Origin: Candidatus Hadarchaeota archaeon
GTDB lineage: Archaea; Hadarchaeota; Hadarchaeia; Hadarchaeales; JAGGTB01
Assembly: GCA_964510375.1 (NCBI GenBank)
Contig: CAZEBR010000005.1
Location: 5,896-39,300 of the forward strand
Length of the DNA stretch: 33,405 bases
Reading direction: 5' to 3'
In this document: piece by piece, positions 9,101-16,658 of the stretch
Layout of the letters: the number at the start of each line of letters is the position of its first letter
Position numbering within the stretch: the stretch's first letter is position 1
Notes under the pieces: generated by a model
Seen by the model: the letters and a program-made list of their open reading frames with translations, nothing else
Databases searched by the model: none
Told to the model about the DNA's origin: nothing
Program-made: the position numbers and the translations under genes

Positions 9101-9734
9101 CCCCGGTGACGATCACCTGATTTCCCGGAATGGCCTCGTCCACTATGTCGTCCCTCGCTATGGAAGCAAGATGTCGGGGCACCCTGCCGCCGCGAAGCTT
9201 TTCAGGCAGTTCCTGTATTCTGAGGCTCTGCCAGTCTCTAAACTGGGATTCCTCTCCAACTAGGCGAAAAGGGCCCTTCTTGGAACAATTCGGGTTTTGA
9301 CACACCTGAGGTTTCCTGAGACTTCTCCCGACCTGCTGAACCTGATTTTCTTCCCCGCATCTAAGGCACTTAAAAGTGGCTATCTCGATCTCGGGCTTGA
9401 CATCGCTCGCCCGGGTCAAGATTCCTTCGAGTTGAATAAACTCCCCCACATCCTCGGCGCGAACCTCTCTCAATTCCTTAGTTTCGTCCAAACCTTTCAC
9501 CCTGAGGCGTGATCCGGGAATCTCGGTTATGTCTTCCAAAATAGAATCGGATTTTTCGAGAAATTCCATGGGCTCGTTCAAAAGAGCTTTTGCTAGGTCC
9601 ATATCCTCCTCTACCAGTCGGTCGAATTCTATAACTAGGGACTTTTTACCCTCCGACGAGAGCCTTTGAAGCTCATCCAGAATTTCGCTGCTGTGCAAAA
9701 ATTCTTCGAGCATTTCCTCTACTTCAGATTCCAT
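6153..9734 (-). CDS. mcm: MCM replicative helicase precursor with one intein (1193 aa; 672 aa after splicing)
   Basis: Zn finger CLRC...CQNPNC, Walker A GDPGTAKS, Walker B CIDEFDKM, Arg finger SRFDL, ITARQLE, C-terminal winged helix. Confidence 0.98.
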   Translation of the reverse strand: MESEVEEMLEEFLHSSEILDELQRLSSEGKKSLVIEFDRLVEEDMDLAKALLNEPMEFLEKSDSILEDITEIPGSRLRVKGLDETKELREVRAEDVGEFIQLEGILTRASDVKPEIEIATFKCLRCGEENQVQQVGRSLRKPQVCQNPNCSKKGPFRLVGEESQFRDWQSLRIQELPEKLRGGRVPRHLASIARDDIVDEAIPGNQVIVTGVLRAFKERQGNKTKTTFQKILDINHITVKEKSVEETELTQEDEEWIEELKENHRVRNMIVNSVAPSIFGYENIKEAIALQLFSSPPVELPDDSRIRGDSHILLTGDPGTAKSQLLKWVNQVAPRSVYASGKKSTGAGLCVTGDTLIHTEDGFEEIGKLGREQISFQPEVETYKEYEKGLYTFEGDEITTKESSLIWRMPEKECIKVETSFGKEIEASKNTKLLTCGENGIQWKNITDIEAGDYVASPDYTEVDRTDIPPRHYYEFDEEMFKLTGETAEKIRNVMRRRFGTLREAASKLGLSEDLVYTGIRKRFIPFKKLEFLSEELSIDFKDLEFESVMLRNGNEFELPEKFDEDLMYLVGFVFGDGDISLSDRRGLVRISNSNRKALEYLRRIIRKKFGKEVEIETQDEKVPCLRVYSKTIAKFFRNLGMRTPKGDLSLDKHLTTHVNSDAFLRGLFDADGCVVSRENGSDSIQYSTISSKLAKQVQLMLETYGIKSKRRTRDRRGTETLESGHEIETKSIQTHLVIRGENIDEFSRQINFNITEKFDRLRSISGKERNSNIDVIPVNELLQKSSASGGDHFSYFTTEGKNPGEQRANRILQSVELESEIKDELGEVVSSDLKWEEVRETEETGKKRLYDLTVPETHNFIGDGIVTHNTAAAVRDELTGGWTLEAGALAIGDGGMACIDEFDKMDDEESGAILESMEQQTISVAKAGIVATLNTRTSILAAANPRMGRFDEYDPIPQQIDLPALILSRFDLIFILRDVPKEERDRNLAAHMLDLQSKPEEVVKPKLSKDELRKLVIYAKKYVNPKFENEEVKKKLEDFFVQWRSAAAGAEAAGEEVIPITARQLEALARLAKCNARLRLADEVTVEDAEKAIELFRASLKQLGIEDESGKTDIDMLMTGHSRTQREKFRKVMDIIDEVEEDYGEGAPIDVVKEEARAEGIDRDFVDEMIKKEKKNGRLYSPSEELISRATR
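7125..8687 (-). mobile_element. Intein (521 aa) with LAGLIDADG homing endonuclease at the MCM GAGL|TAA site (CDC21-b type)
   Basis: Starts Cys350 (CVTGDT) after STGAGL and ends LYDLTVPETHNFIGDGIVTHN before Thr(+1). LAGLIDADG blocks YLVGFVFGDG and FLRGLFDADG. Spot GC check: 20/60 at 7861-7920 versus 35/60 at 9121-9180 in the extein. Confidence 0.96.
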
Positions 9735-10197
9735 GTGTTCCAGCCTCCGACAGCATACCCGAATTAATTTCTAGATTTTTAAGAAATGAGGGTGCAAATT
9801 TTACAGGTTTCTTATTAATAATCCATAAAATAATTTCAGCTAGGGTAATAGGTAGCAGAACAAATTGACATTTATTAATCAAAATTTCAATCCTCCTTCA
9901 GTTATCTAATAACTCTTCTATGACACATACAGAAGCCTGTGGAGCTTTTTTTTGGAAAAAATAGAATAGGTTTACCGGGTGGGGTGATTGAAAGTAAAAA
10001 ATTGCGTCTCAGATCGATATAGTGCTATCGAACAGGCACTACCAAAGAAACTGTTTCGCCGAGCAAAACCGAAAATGAACGGTTTTTGTCCGGTCTTCCA
10101 GTCGAAACACTGGAAATGGAGGTCTCCCGATTTTGGAAGCTAGAGCGTGAGTGAAACATCTGAGTTTAAAATTGGTAATTGAAAAAAATAAAAGCGG
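9735..10197. other. Candidate replication origin region (AT-rich tract plus ORB-like element)
   Basis: Largest intergenic gap in the window, at the head of the mcm-gins-cdc6-polD operon. AT-rich at about 9761-9915. TTCCAGTCGAAACACTGGAAATGGAGG at 10096-10122 resembles the ORB core TTCCAGTGGAAA(C/T). Confidence 0.45.
10182..10194 (-). terminator. Oligo-T terminator after glyA
   Basis: The minus strand reads CTTTTATTTTTTT just after the glyA stop, typical of archaeal U-rich terminators. Confidence 0.55.
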
Positions 10198-11505
10198 TTA
10201 AGAGGAGAGTACATCGATGTACTCGTAAGCCTCTATTGGCGAGTCGAAACAGTAATTTACCTCTTGATAGTCCTGAGCTAGACCTTCCACATCGCCCTTG
10301 ACGCTTTCAGGATTCTCGCCCTCGACTATTACTCTGGCGATAAAGTCCGCTATGTCTTCCATTTCGCTTTCTCCCATTCCTAATCGGGTAACTTCGGAGA
10401 CTCCGAGTCTAATACCGCCGGGGTTCTCGTAATGCCGATCGTTTCTGGGGTCCCACGGCAACATGTTACGGTTCATTATTATGTTCGCCTTTTCGAGTTG
10501 CTTCTCTATGTCTCCGCCGAGGCCGTACTCCGTTATATCGGCCAGGACGGTGTGCGATTTGGTGAATCCGCTATCGGGTGCCACGACATCTAATCCTTTG
10601 TCATAAAGGGACTTCGCCAAGACCTTCGCGTTCTTGACTATCTGTGATGTGTACTCCTCTCCGAACTCCAGAATTTCTGCGAGCGAAATAGTGACTCCGG
10701 CGACGGCATGCAAATGGTGGTTGCTGACGACGCCTGGGAAAACCGACTTGTCAATGTCCTTCTTTAAGTCCTCGTCCGCGGCAAGTATCATCCCGTGCTG
10801 AGGGCCAGGCAAGGTCTTGTGTGTACTGCAGTTCATCACGTCGACGCCTTCGGCGATCGGATCTTGAAAATTGTTTCCGGCTATCAAACCCGCCACATGG
10901 GCTGCATCGTAGACTACCTTTGCTCCGTGTTTTCTGCCCACGTCGGCCAGCTCCTCAACTGGATGAGGGAACAGAAAGACGCTCGCTCCGAAAAGAAGCA
11001 TTTCCGGCTCCACTTCGGCAATCTTTTTCTTTGCCTCATCGACATCTATGTTCATGGCGTCCTCGTCGAACGGAAGATATTCGATATTCAGCCCGTGAAC
11101 TGCTCCGGCCGTGCCGCCGAACTTCTTTTTTTGCATGCTTATATGCCCTCCACAGGAGGTGGGCAGACACATCAGAGTATCTCCTGGATTTGTGAATGCG
11201 GTATAAACGGCCAGATTTGCCAAGACTCCTGAAATAGGCTGTACGTTGGCGTGTGATGCTCCGTAGACCTCTTCGGCCAGATCCATGGCCAAAAATTCCA
11301 TCTCATCGATGTATTCACAACCCGCGTAGACCCTTTTACCCGGGGCTCCCTCGGCGTATCGGTTACCGAAATCGGAGGTCAGAGCTTCCCGCACCGCTGG
11401 ACTCGGGATATTTTCGCTGGCTATCAGGTTAACAGTGTTCTTCATCCAATCGTGGTGCTCCTTCAAGAGGGTTCTGGCTTGATCGTACGACTTTTTGGGG
11501 TCCAT
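10198..11505 (-). CDS. glyA: Serine hydroxymethyltransferase, archaeal type
   Basis: NLIASEN, RYAEG, YDAAHVAGL, PLP-lysine motif STHKTLPGP, GIRLG. Confidence 0.96.
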   Translation of the reverse strand: MDPKKSYDQARTLLKEHHDWMKNTVNLIASENIPSPAVREALTSDFGNRYAEGAPGKRVYAGCEYIDEMEFLAMDLAEEVYGASHANVQPISGVLANLAVYTAFTNPGDTLMCLPTSCGGHISMQKKKFGGTAGAVHGLNIEYLPFDEDAMNIDVDEAKKKIAEVEPEMLLFGASVFLFPHPVEELADVGRKHGAKVVYDAAHVAGLIAGNNFQDPIAEGVDVMNCSTHKTLPGPQHGMILAADEDLKKDIDKSVFPGVVSNHHLHAVAGVTISLAEILEFGEEYTSQIVKNAKVLAKSLYDKGLDVVAPDSGFTKSHTVLADITEYGLGGDIEKQLEKANIIMNRNMLPWDPRNDRHYENPGGIRLGVSEVTRLGMGESEMEDIADFIARVIVEGENPESVKGDVEGLAQDYQEVNYCFDSPIEAYEYIDVLSS

Positions 11506-11506
11506 T

Positions 11507-12727
11507 TTACTCCTCCAAATTTTTTATGACTTCATTATAGTCTGCCGGAACCTCAATTGGGGGTTCCGAAACATCCACAGCTTCTTCGGGGTCTTTCAAT
11601 ATAAGTCCTGTGACCACGCAGACGACTCTTTCGTCAGATTCTATCTCTCCCGCCTCTACTAGCTTTTTGAGGCCGGCTATCGAGGTAGCGCTCGCTGGTT
11701 CGACGCCTATGCCCTCAATCTCGGCCAGCATCTTTTGGGCCTCCACTGTTTCCTCGTCTGTAACGCTTTCAGCCGTACCGTTGCTCTTCCTTATCGCTTT
11801 CAAGGCCTTGGGACCGTTCACCGGATCGCCGATCCGTATGGCCGTGGCCAAGGTCTCCGGATTCTCTACCGGCTCTACCTCGTCGAGACCGTTTTTGATC
11901 GCGTTTACCACGGGGCTCGCCCCTTCCGCTTGGATTCCCGTCATCGTCGGAACCCTATCTACAACGCCTACCTCTCTGAACTCGTAGAATCCCTTGTAGA
12001 TAGCCCAGATGTTTGCGCAGTTGCCCATGGGAACCACTATCCGATCGGGTGAGTCAAAATCTAATTGATCGGCTATTTCGAATCCTATCGTCTTCTGTCC
12101 CTGAGGTCTGAACGGGTTGACAGAATTTAGCAGGTATATGTCGTCCCGGTCCCTACAGAGGCGCCTAACCATTCTCAGGGCTTCGTCGAAGTTATCGTCG
12201 ATGGCTATTATTCTGGCACCGTGCATTGCGGCCTGAGCCATTTTGCCGAGAGCTACGTTTCCCTGTGGGACCAAAACGACGCATTGTAGTCCGGCCTTGC
12301 CCGAATAGGCGGCTAGGGAAGAGGAAGTATTACCGGTGGAAGCACAGGTCACGAAATCGGCACCGTACTCCAAAGCCTTCGTCACTCCAACGGTCATTCC
12401 TCGATCCTTGAAGGAACCGGTCGGATTTCCCGCTTCGAATTTCACATAAAGCTCGTCCAGCCCTATCTCTCCGGCCAGTTTTTCGCAGGAATATAGCGGA
12501 GTTCCCCCTTCGTCTAAGCTCACGATCTTTGAGTCGTCCTTAATTGGAAGAAACGGTCTGTACTTCCAGGTGGTGGGGCAGTCCTCCTGTAGGGACTTCT
12601 TATCCATATCCTCCTTAACTCTCTCCAAGTCTAGTTCGATTTCCAAGAGTGAATCGCAATCGGGACACGTGTAGAGTTTTCTAGAAATATCAAAGGTCTT
12701 TCCGCAACCTATGCATTCGTAACGCAT
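11507..12727 (-). CDS. thrC: Threonine synthase
   Basis: N-terminal Zn ribbon CxxC...CxxC, NPTGSFKDRG, CASTGNT, PMGN, EPASA. Confidence 0.96.
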   Translation of the reverse strand: MRYECIGCGKTFDISRKLYTCPDCDSLLEIELDLERVKEDMDKKSLQEDCPTTWKYRPFLPIKDDSKIVSLDEGGTPLYSCEKLAGEIGLDELYVKFEAGNPTGSFKDRGMTVGVTKALEYGADFVTCASTGNTSSSLAAYSGKAGLQCVVLVPQGNVALGKMAQAAMHGARIIAIDDNFDEALRMVRRLCRDRDDIYLLNSVNPFRPQGQKTIGFEIADQLDFDSPDRIVVPMGNCANIWAIYKGFYEFREVGVVDRVPTMTGIQAEGASPVVNAIKNGLDEVEPVENPETLATAIRIGDPVNGPKALKAIRKSNGTAESVTDEETVEAQKMLAEIEGIGVEPASATSIAGLKKLVEAGEIESDERVVCVVTGLILKDPEEAVDVSEPPIEVPADYNEVIKNLEE

Positions 12728-12729
12728 TA

Positions 12730-13746
12730 TTAAACCTCTGTGGACTTGTATACGTCCACTATATCTCCCAAAAGAGCGCTGGAGGTTTCTCTCGGTCCGG
12801 CTCCAAAGCCCGTGATGGTAACTTCTCTGGCGAGATCGGTTTTAAGGGTCACGGAATTGAGGGTACCTTTAACGGCCAGAGGATTATCTTCCGGAACCAG
12901 CTTAGGCTCGACTATCAGCTCGTCTGAATTTGCCATCCCTACCAACCTGACTACGTTGCCCGTGTCCTTGGCCATGTCCAAGACATCCGGTCCGATTCGA
13001 GTTATTCCTTCGACCTCCACGTCCTCGAGCTTTGCGTTGCGATCCAGCAACGCGTTTGCCAGAATAGTAATCTTGGCGGCAGTATCTATTCCCTCGATGT
13101 CCAGGGTAGGGTCCTCTTCGGCAGCACCCAACTCCTGAGCCTCGTGCAACACGACATCGAAGGGTGTTCCTTCCTCGGCCATGCGACTGAGGATATAGTT
13201 GGTGGTGCCGTTCAGAACTCCACGGATTTCGGAAACTCTGTCCCCGGAGAGCTGTTTCTGTGCCAGACCCAGAATGGGAACGGCTCCTCCCACGGTCGCG
13301 GAGTATCTGAACTCGATATCCGATTCTTCGGCCAGTCTTTCCAGCTCTTGGAACGCCACGACGAGCGGTCCTTTATTGGAGGTCACGACGTTTTGTCCCT
13401 TATTCATAGACTTCTTTATGTGGGTGAGGCCGGGCTCGCCGTCCTTTATGCTCGTGGGGGTAAGCTCGACCGTGATGTCCGAGTCGACGTTTTCTATCAC
13501 TTCAAGCGCCGACTTGCCCGGTTTGCCTTTTTCGGGATATCCGGCGACAGTGCCTTCCTCCTCCACGGCGTCTAGTAGCTTTTGGATTTCTAGCCCGTCT
13601 TTATCGATAGCCGCTCCGTCGACATCTACGGCGGCCACTATCTCCGGTGAAAACCCCACTCTCTTCTGGAGATAATTCTCCTTTTCTAAAAGTACGCGGG
13701 CCAAGGCCTGGCCGAGGTTTCCAAATCCTACTAGTGTAATTTTCAT
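12730..13746 (-). CDS. hom: Homoserine dehydrogenase
   Basis: GFGNLG Rossmann motif, VTSNKGP, ATVGGAVP, NGTTNYIL, AEEDPTLDIEGIDTAAK, GAGPRET. Confidence 0.96.
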   Translation of the reverse strand: MKITLVGFGNLGQALARVLLEKENYLQKRVGFSPEIVAAVDVDGAAIDKDGLEIQKLLDAVEEEGTVAGYPEKGKPGKSALEVIENVDSDITVELTPTSIKDGEPGLTHIKKSMNKGQNVVTSNKGPLVVAFQELERLAEESDIEFRYSATVGGAVPILGLAQKQLSGDRVSEIRGVLNGTTNYILSRMAEEGTPFDVVLHEAQELGAAEEDPTLDIEGIDTAAKITILANALLDRNAKLEDVEVEGITRIGPDVLDMAKDTGNVVRLVGMANSDELIVEPKLVPEDNPLAVKGTLNSVTLKTDLAREVTITGFGAGPRETSSALLGDIVDVYKSTEV

Positions 13747-13750
13747 GTTA

Positions 13751-14248
13751 TCACTCCAAAGGCTCTATTAACAATAAATCCTTCTCCTCCGAAACTTCTT
13801 TAAGCTTGGATAGGGCGGAGTGAAGGTTCTCCTGACTCGTGGCCTCGATTATTATCCTAGCGGACGATTCCCCTCCGGACTCGCCCACCGCCAGACTCAA
13901 GTCCGAAACCCTAGCTCCCTCTACGGAATTTAGCCTCTCCACCGTGTCCCTGACATCCGTCTGAATTATGTCCCCGACGAGCAGATTTACGGACTTGGCG
14001 GCCACCTCCTCTTCCCCGACTCTGGCTATTCTGGCGCCCACGTCCTTTATCTCGTCTAAAATCTTGTCTAGCGCTTTCCTCCCCTTGACTTCGAGTATGA
14101 CAGTGACTGGAACCTTACCCAGAGGCGTCTTTTCCTCCCTCTTGTGCACGACGTTCTGAATGTTTGCCCCGCAGCGGGATATGGGTTCGAGCACCTTGAC
14201 TAGTTCTCCTGGAGCGTCTTCCAGTTCCATCTCGATTCTTACCCTCAA
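13751..14248 (-). CDS. Double-ACT-domain protein, probable allosteric partner of homoserine dehydrogenase
   Basis: LEDAPGELVKVLEPISRCGANI ACT signature; second ACT-like half; immediately upstream of hom; TTG start after GGAGGAGG. Confidence 0.85.
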   Translation of the reverse strand: MRVRIEMELEDAPGELVKVLEPISRCGANIQNVVHKREEKTPLGKVPVTVILEVKGRKALDKILDEIKDVGARIARVGEEEVAAKSVNLLVGDIIQTDVRDTVERLNSVEGARVSDLSLAVGESGGESSARIIIEATSQENLHSALSKLKEVSEEKDLLLIEPLE

Positions 14249-15171
14249 GTTTGATCCTCCTCCTGTATCCTACATCCGGAACCGGGTTCGGTTACGAATG
14301 TTTTACACTCCTGATTCTTCCCTTCAAAAGCTTTCCTCATAGCTTTTTTTATTTTATCCAAGTTATCTCCTTTGGAAACTGCAAAAACGGATGGACCTGC
14401 TCCGGAGAGTGCCGCTCCTAGAGCGCCAGCATCGGAAGCGGCCTTTTTCGCTTCTTTAACTCCCGGCAGTCTCGAGGATCTCAATGGCTCCACTATTTGG
14501 TCTATCATATTCTCCGCGAAGGATTCGATGTCGCCGCTCTTTACTGCAGAGACCATTAGGGAAGCCCTCGCGACGTTGGTAACGGAGTCAGAAAGACGGA
14601 CCTTTTTTGGAAGTTCTTTTCTACCCTCCTTGGTAGATGCCTTGTTTTCCGGCACGGCGATGACCAACTTCATGTCCGGCAGTCCTATTCTGTCGAATTC
14701 GGGCGGTCTCGATGGACCGACAATGACAAAGTCTCCGAGGATGGATGCGGCAACGTTGTCGTAGTGGGCACTCCCTGCCGTTTTTTCTTCGGCGAATCCT
14801 GCAGCCTCTATCAACTTCGACTTTCCCAGAGGTTTTCCCAACAGTTTGTTTGCAGCCACGGCTCCGGCGGCTGCACTCGCTCCGCTACTGCCTAATCCCT
14901 TGCCTATATCGACGTTCTTATCGATCGAGACTTCAAACTTCCGACTGGACCCCGCCATCTCGAACACTCGTTTGGCTGCGAGGGTAACTGAATTGAGGGT
15001 AGGATTCTTTGGGATGCTTTTGAAGCCGGACACATTCGAAACTCTCATTTCTTCGGCGAACGAAATTTCTACAATGTCCCTGGGTTCTTTCAACGCAAGG
15101 GCAAATACGTCGAATCCAGGACCCAGATTGGCTATGGAACCTGGTGAGGATACCGTTATCCGGGATTTCAT
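14245..15171 (-). CDS. thrB: Homoserine kinase (GHMP family)
   Basis: PGSIANLGPGFD, GKGLGSSGASA, HYDNVAAS, SGAGPS. Confidence 0.96.
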   Translation of the reverse strand: MKSRITVSSPGSIANLGPGFDVFALALKEPRDIVEISFAEEMRVSNVSGFKSIPKNPTLNSVTLAAKRVFEMAGSSRKFEVSIDKNVDIGKGLGSSGASAAAGAVAANKLLGKPLGKSKLIEAAGFAEEKTAGSAHYDNVAASILGDFVIVGPSRPPEFDRIGLPDMKLVIAVPENKASTKEGRKELPKKVRLSDSVTNVARASLMVSAVKSGDIESFAENMIDQIVEPLRSSRLPGVKEAKKAASDAGALGAALSGAGPSVFAVSKGDNLDKIKKAMRKAFEGKNQECKTFVTEPGSGCRIQEEDQT

Positions 15172-15295
15172 TCTTTATTGCTCCTTTGCCTAACTAATCA
15201 ATTTCCAAAAGGGTCTCTTGGCTAATAATCATACTGTTATTCGCTGGGTGTTTGACGGATTTTCAAGCAGAATAAAAAGGAATCTATCGAATGAT

Positions 15296-15321
15296 TTTTT
15301 TGTTATGGGTGTAACAAAAAA
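15296..15321. promoter_or_regulatory. Perfect 10-bp inverted repeat upstream of the thr operon (possible operator)
   Basis: TTTTTTGTTA-TGGGTG-TAACAAAAAA, about 18 bp upstream of a minus-strand TATA-like TTTTTATT (15278-15271). Confidence 0.45.
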
Positions 15322-15402
15322 TAATCAGATTTATCTTTGGGGTAGATGAACATAAACGGATTTATAAAAATTATATGAAAATAGAAGAGATACTAGGGCT
15401 GT

Positions 15403-16599
15403 CTAGGTTATATATGGATGTTTTTCCTCTACAGCTTTTATCGATATCCTGTCCTTCTCGACGAGTGCGTGGATGAAGGCTTCCATCGCTATGAATGACC
15501 GAACTTCAAATAGAGCCCTTTCGGGGCTTTTTGGTGGATTTTCCAAGTTGCTTTCGTCCCGGGAGACGATTCTTCCGGAAACCTCCAGAGTAAGATCGGC
15601 AATTTTTCCGAGGGGTGAATTTGGAAAGCTCGTTATACCCGCCACCTTTCCCCCCACCTCCTTTATCGGCTTCAGGGCTCTCGCCCAGAATTTTTGTCCG
15701 GACCCAGAAAACACGATCGTCAGATCCCCTGCTCGTGAGGCGATATTTCCAGCGTCCCTGTAGTAGTTTACTCTCCTCTCTTCGTTTTCGCCGGCACAGT
15801 GTGCCAGCCTGATTGCAAACGCTCTGGCGATTACACCTGAAAGGTCGAGGCCGCCGATTATTATTTTGTTCGGGAAGCATTCTTCCTCCATTTTGGTGTA
15901 GTTTATCGTATTCGGGAGCATTTTGTAGAGCTTCCGATACTGTTCGGGGTCGGGTTCGTAATCCTTTACCCTGCTCCAGAAATCCTCATGGTATTCCATC
16001 ACGGGTCTGTTGGATATGGAACTTCCGATCGAGTCCAGGATGAATTCTAGTGCGTAGAGCTCCCCGAGCGTTCCCCCTAGGGTGAGGGCGTCGTGCTTCC
16101 CCATGAACTGTCTCTCTTGGTATTCTTGCTGGTCATCCTTTGACTTTCCGGGAATCTTCACGACGAACCCGCCTGTCTTCTTGGCTATCTGGCCTAGGGT
16201 TGAATCGGGATTGGTCGTAATCGCAATTACAGGTGTGGGGTTTCCTATTCCCCGGTAAGCGGATTCGGCGTAGTGTATAGTTCTTTCAGTTTCTCCGGAG
16301 GATGAAAGCGCTACCACGAGGTCGTCCGGCCGGTATTTGTAGGGTATTGAGGAATCCTTCGAGCAAAAAGTGCTCTTATCATTTGCCTTTGTCAGTCTGG
16401 TGGCAAAATCTGCCATTTCCTCCTGTCTTCCGGTCCCTATCCAGATTACCCTCCCGGCGTTTCTGAGGGAATCGATGAACTTTTCCGAGTCTTTCACGTA
16501 TTCTTCCTTATTTTCGTCGGAGGGGTGAGAGCTTATTTTTTCCACGCTTTCTTTGAAGACTTCCGGGATTTTGAGGAAGTGATCCTTCATACATTTCAT
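15403..16599 (-). CDS. Tandem SIS-domain protein with two 6-phospho-3-hexuloisomerase (PHI/HxlB)-like repeats
   Basis: Repeat 1: IGTGR, DLVVALSSSGET, AITTNPDSTL, YQERQFMGKH..L..GTLGE. Repeat 2: ARAFAIRLAH, GDLTIVFSGSG, ITSFPNSPLGKIAD, LFE, terminal KH. Start moved to ATG 16599 (or 16590) because the track start lies inside pyrE. Confidence 0.85.
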   Translation of the reverse strand: MKCMKDHFLKIPEVFKESVEKISSHPSDENKEEYVKDSEKFIDSLRNAGRVIWIGTGRQEEMADFATRLTKANDKSTFCSKDSSIPYKYRPDDLVVALSSSGETERTIHYAESAYRGIGNPTPVIAITTNPDSTLGQIAKKTGGFVVKIPGKSKDDQQEYQERQFMGKHDALTLGGTLGELYALEFILDSIGSSISNRPVMEYHEDFWSRVKDYEPDPEQYRKLYKMLPNTINYTKMEEECFPNKIIIGGLDLSGVIARAFAIRLAHCAGENEERRVNYYRDAGNIASRAGDLTIVFSGSGQKFWARALKPIKEVGGKVAGITSFPNSPLGKIADLTLEVSGRIVSRDESNLENPPKSPERALFEVRSFIAMEAFIHALVEKDRISIKAVEEKHPYIT

Positions 16600-16658
16600 G
16601 GTTTGAGGAAAAGGATAGATAAGGATTTCTCCTAGAGCTCGGGTGATCAGTGAATAAT

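Noticed and set aside
9735..10197. RNase P RNA, SRP RNA, tRNA, glycine riboswitch, hammerhead or HDV-like ribozyme
   Set aside because: I could not find the required cores (GAGGAAAGUCC, SRP helix 8 motif, cloverleaf, CUCUCAGG, CUGAnGA, HDV P3/L3 pairing); only fragments such as TTCGA and GGCGAA occur.
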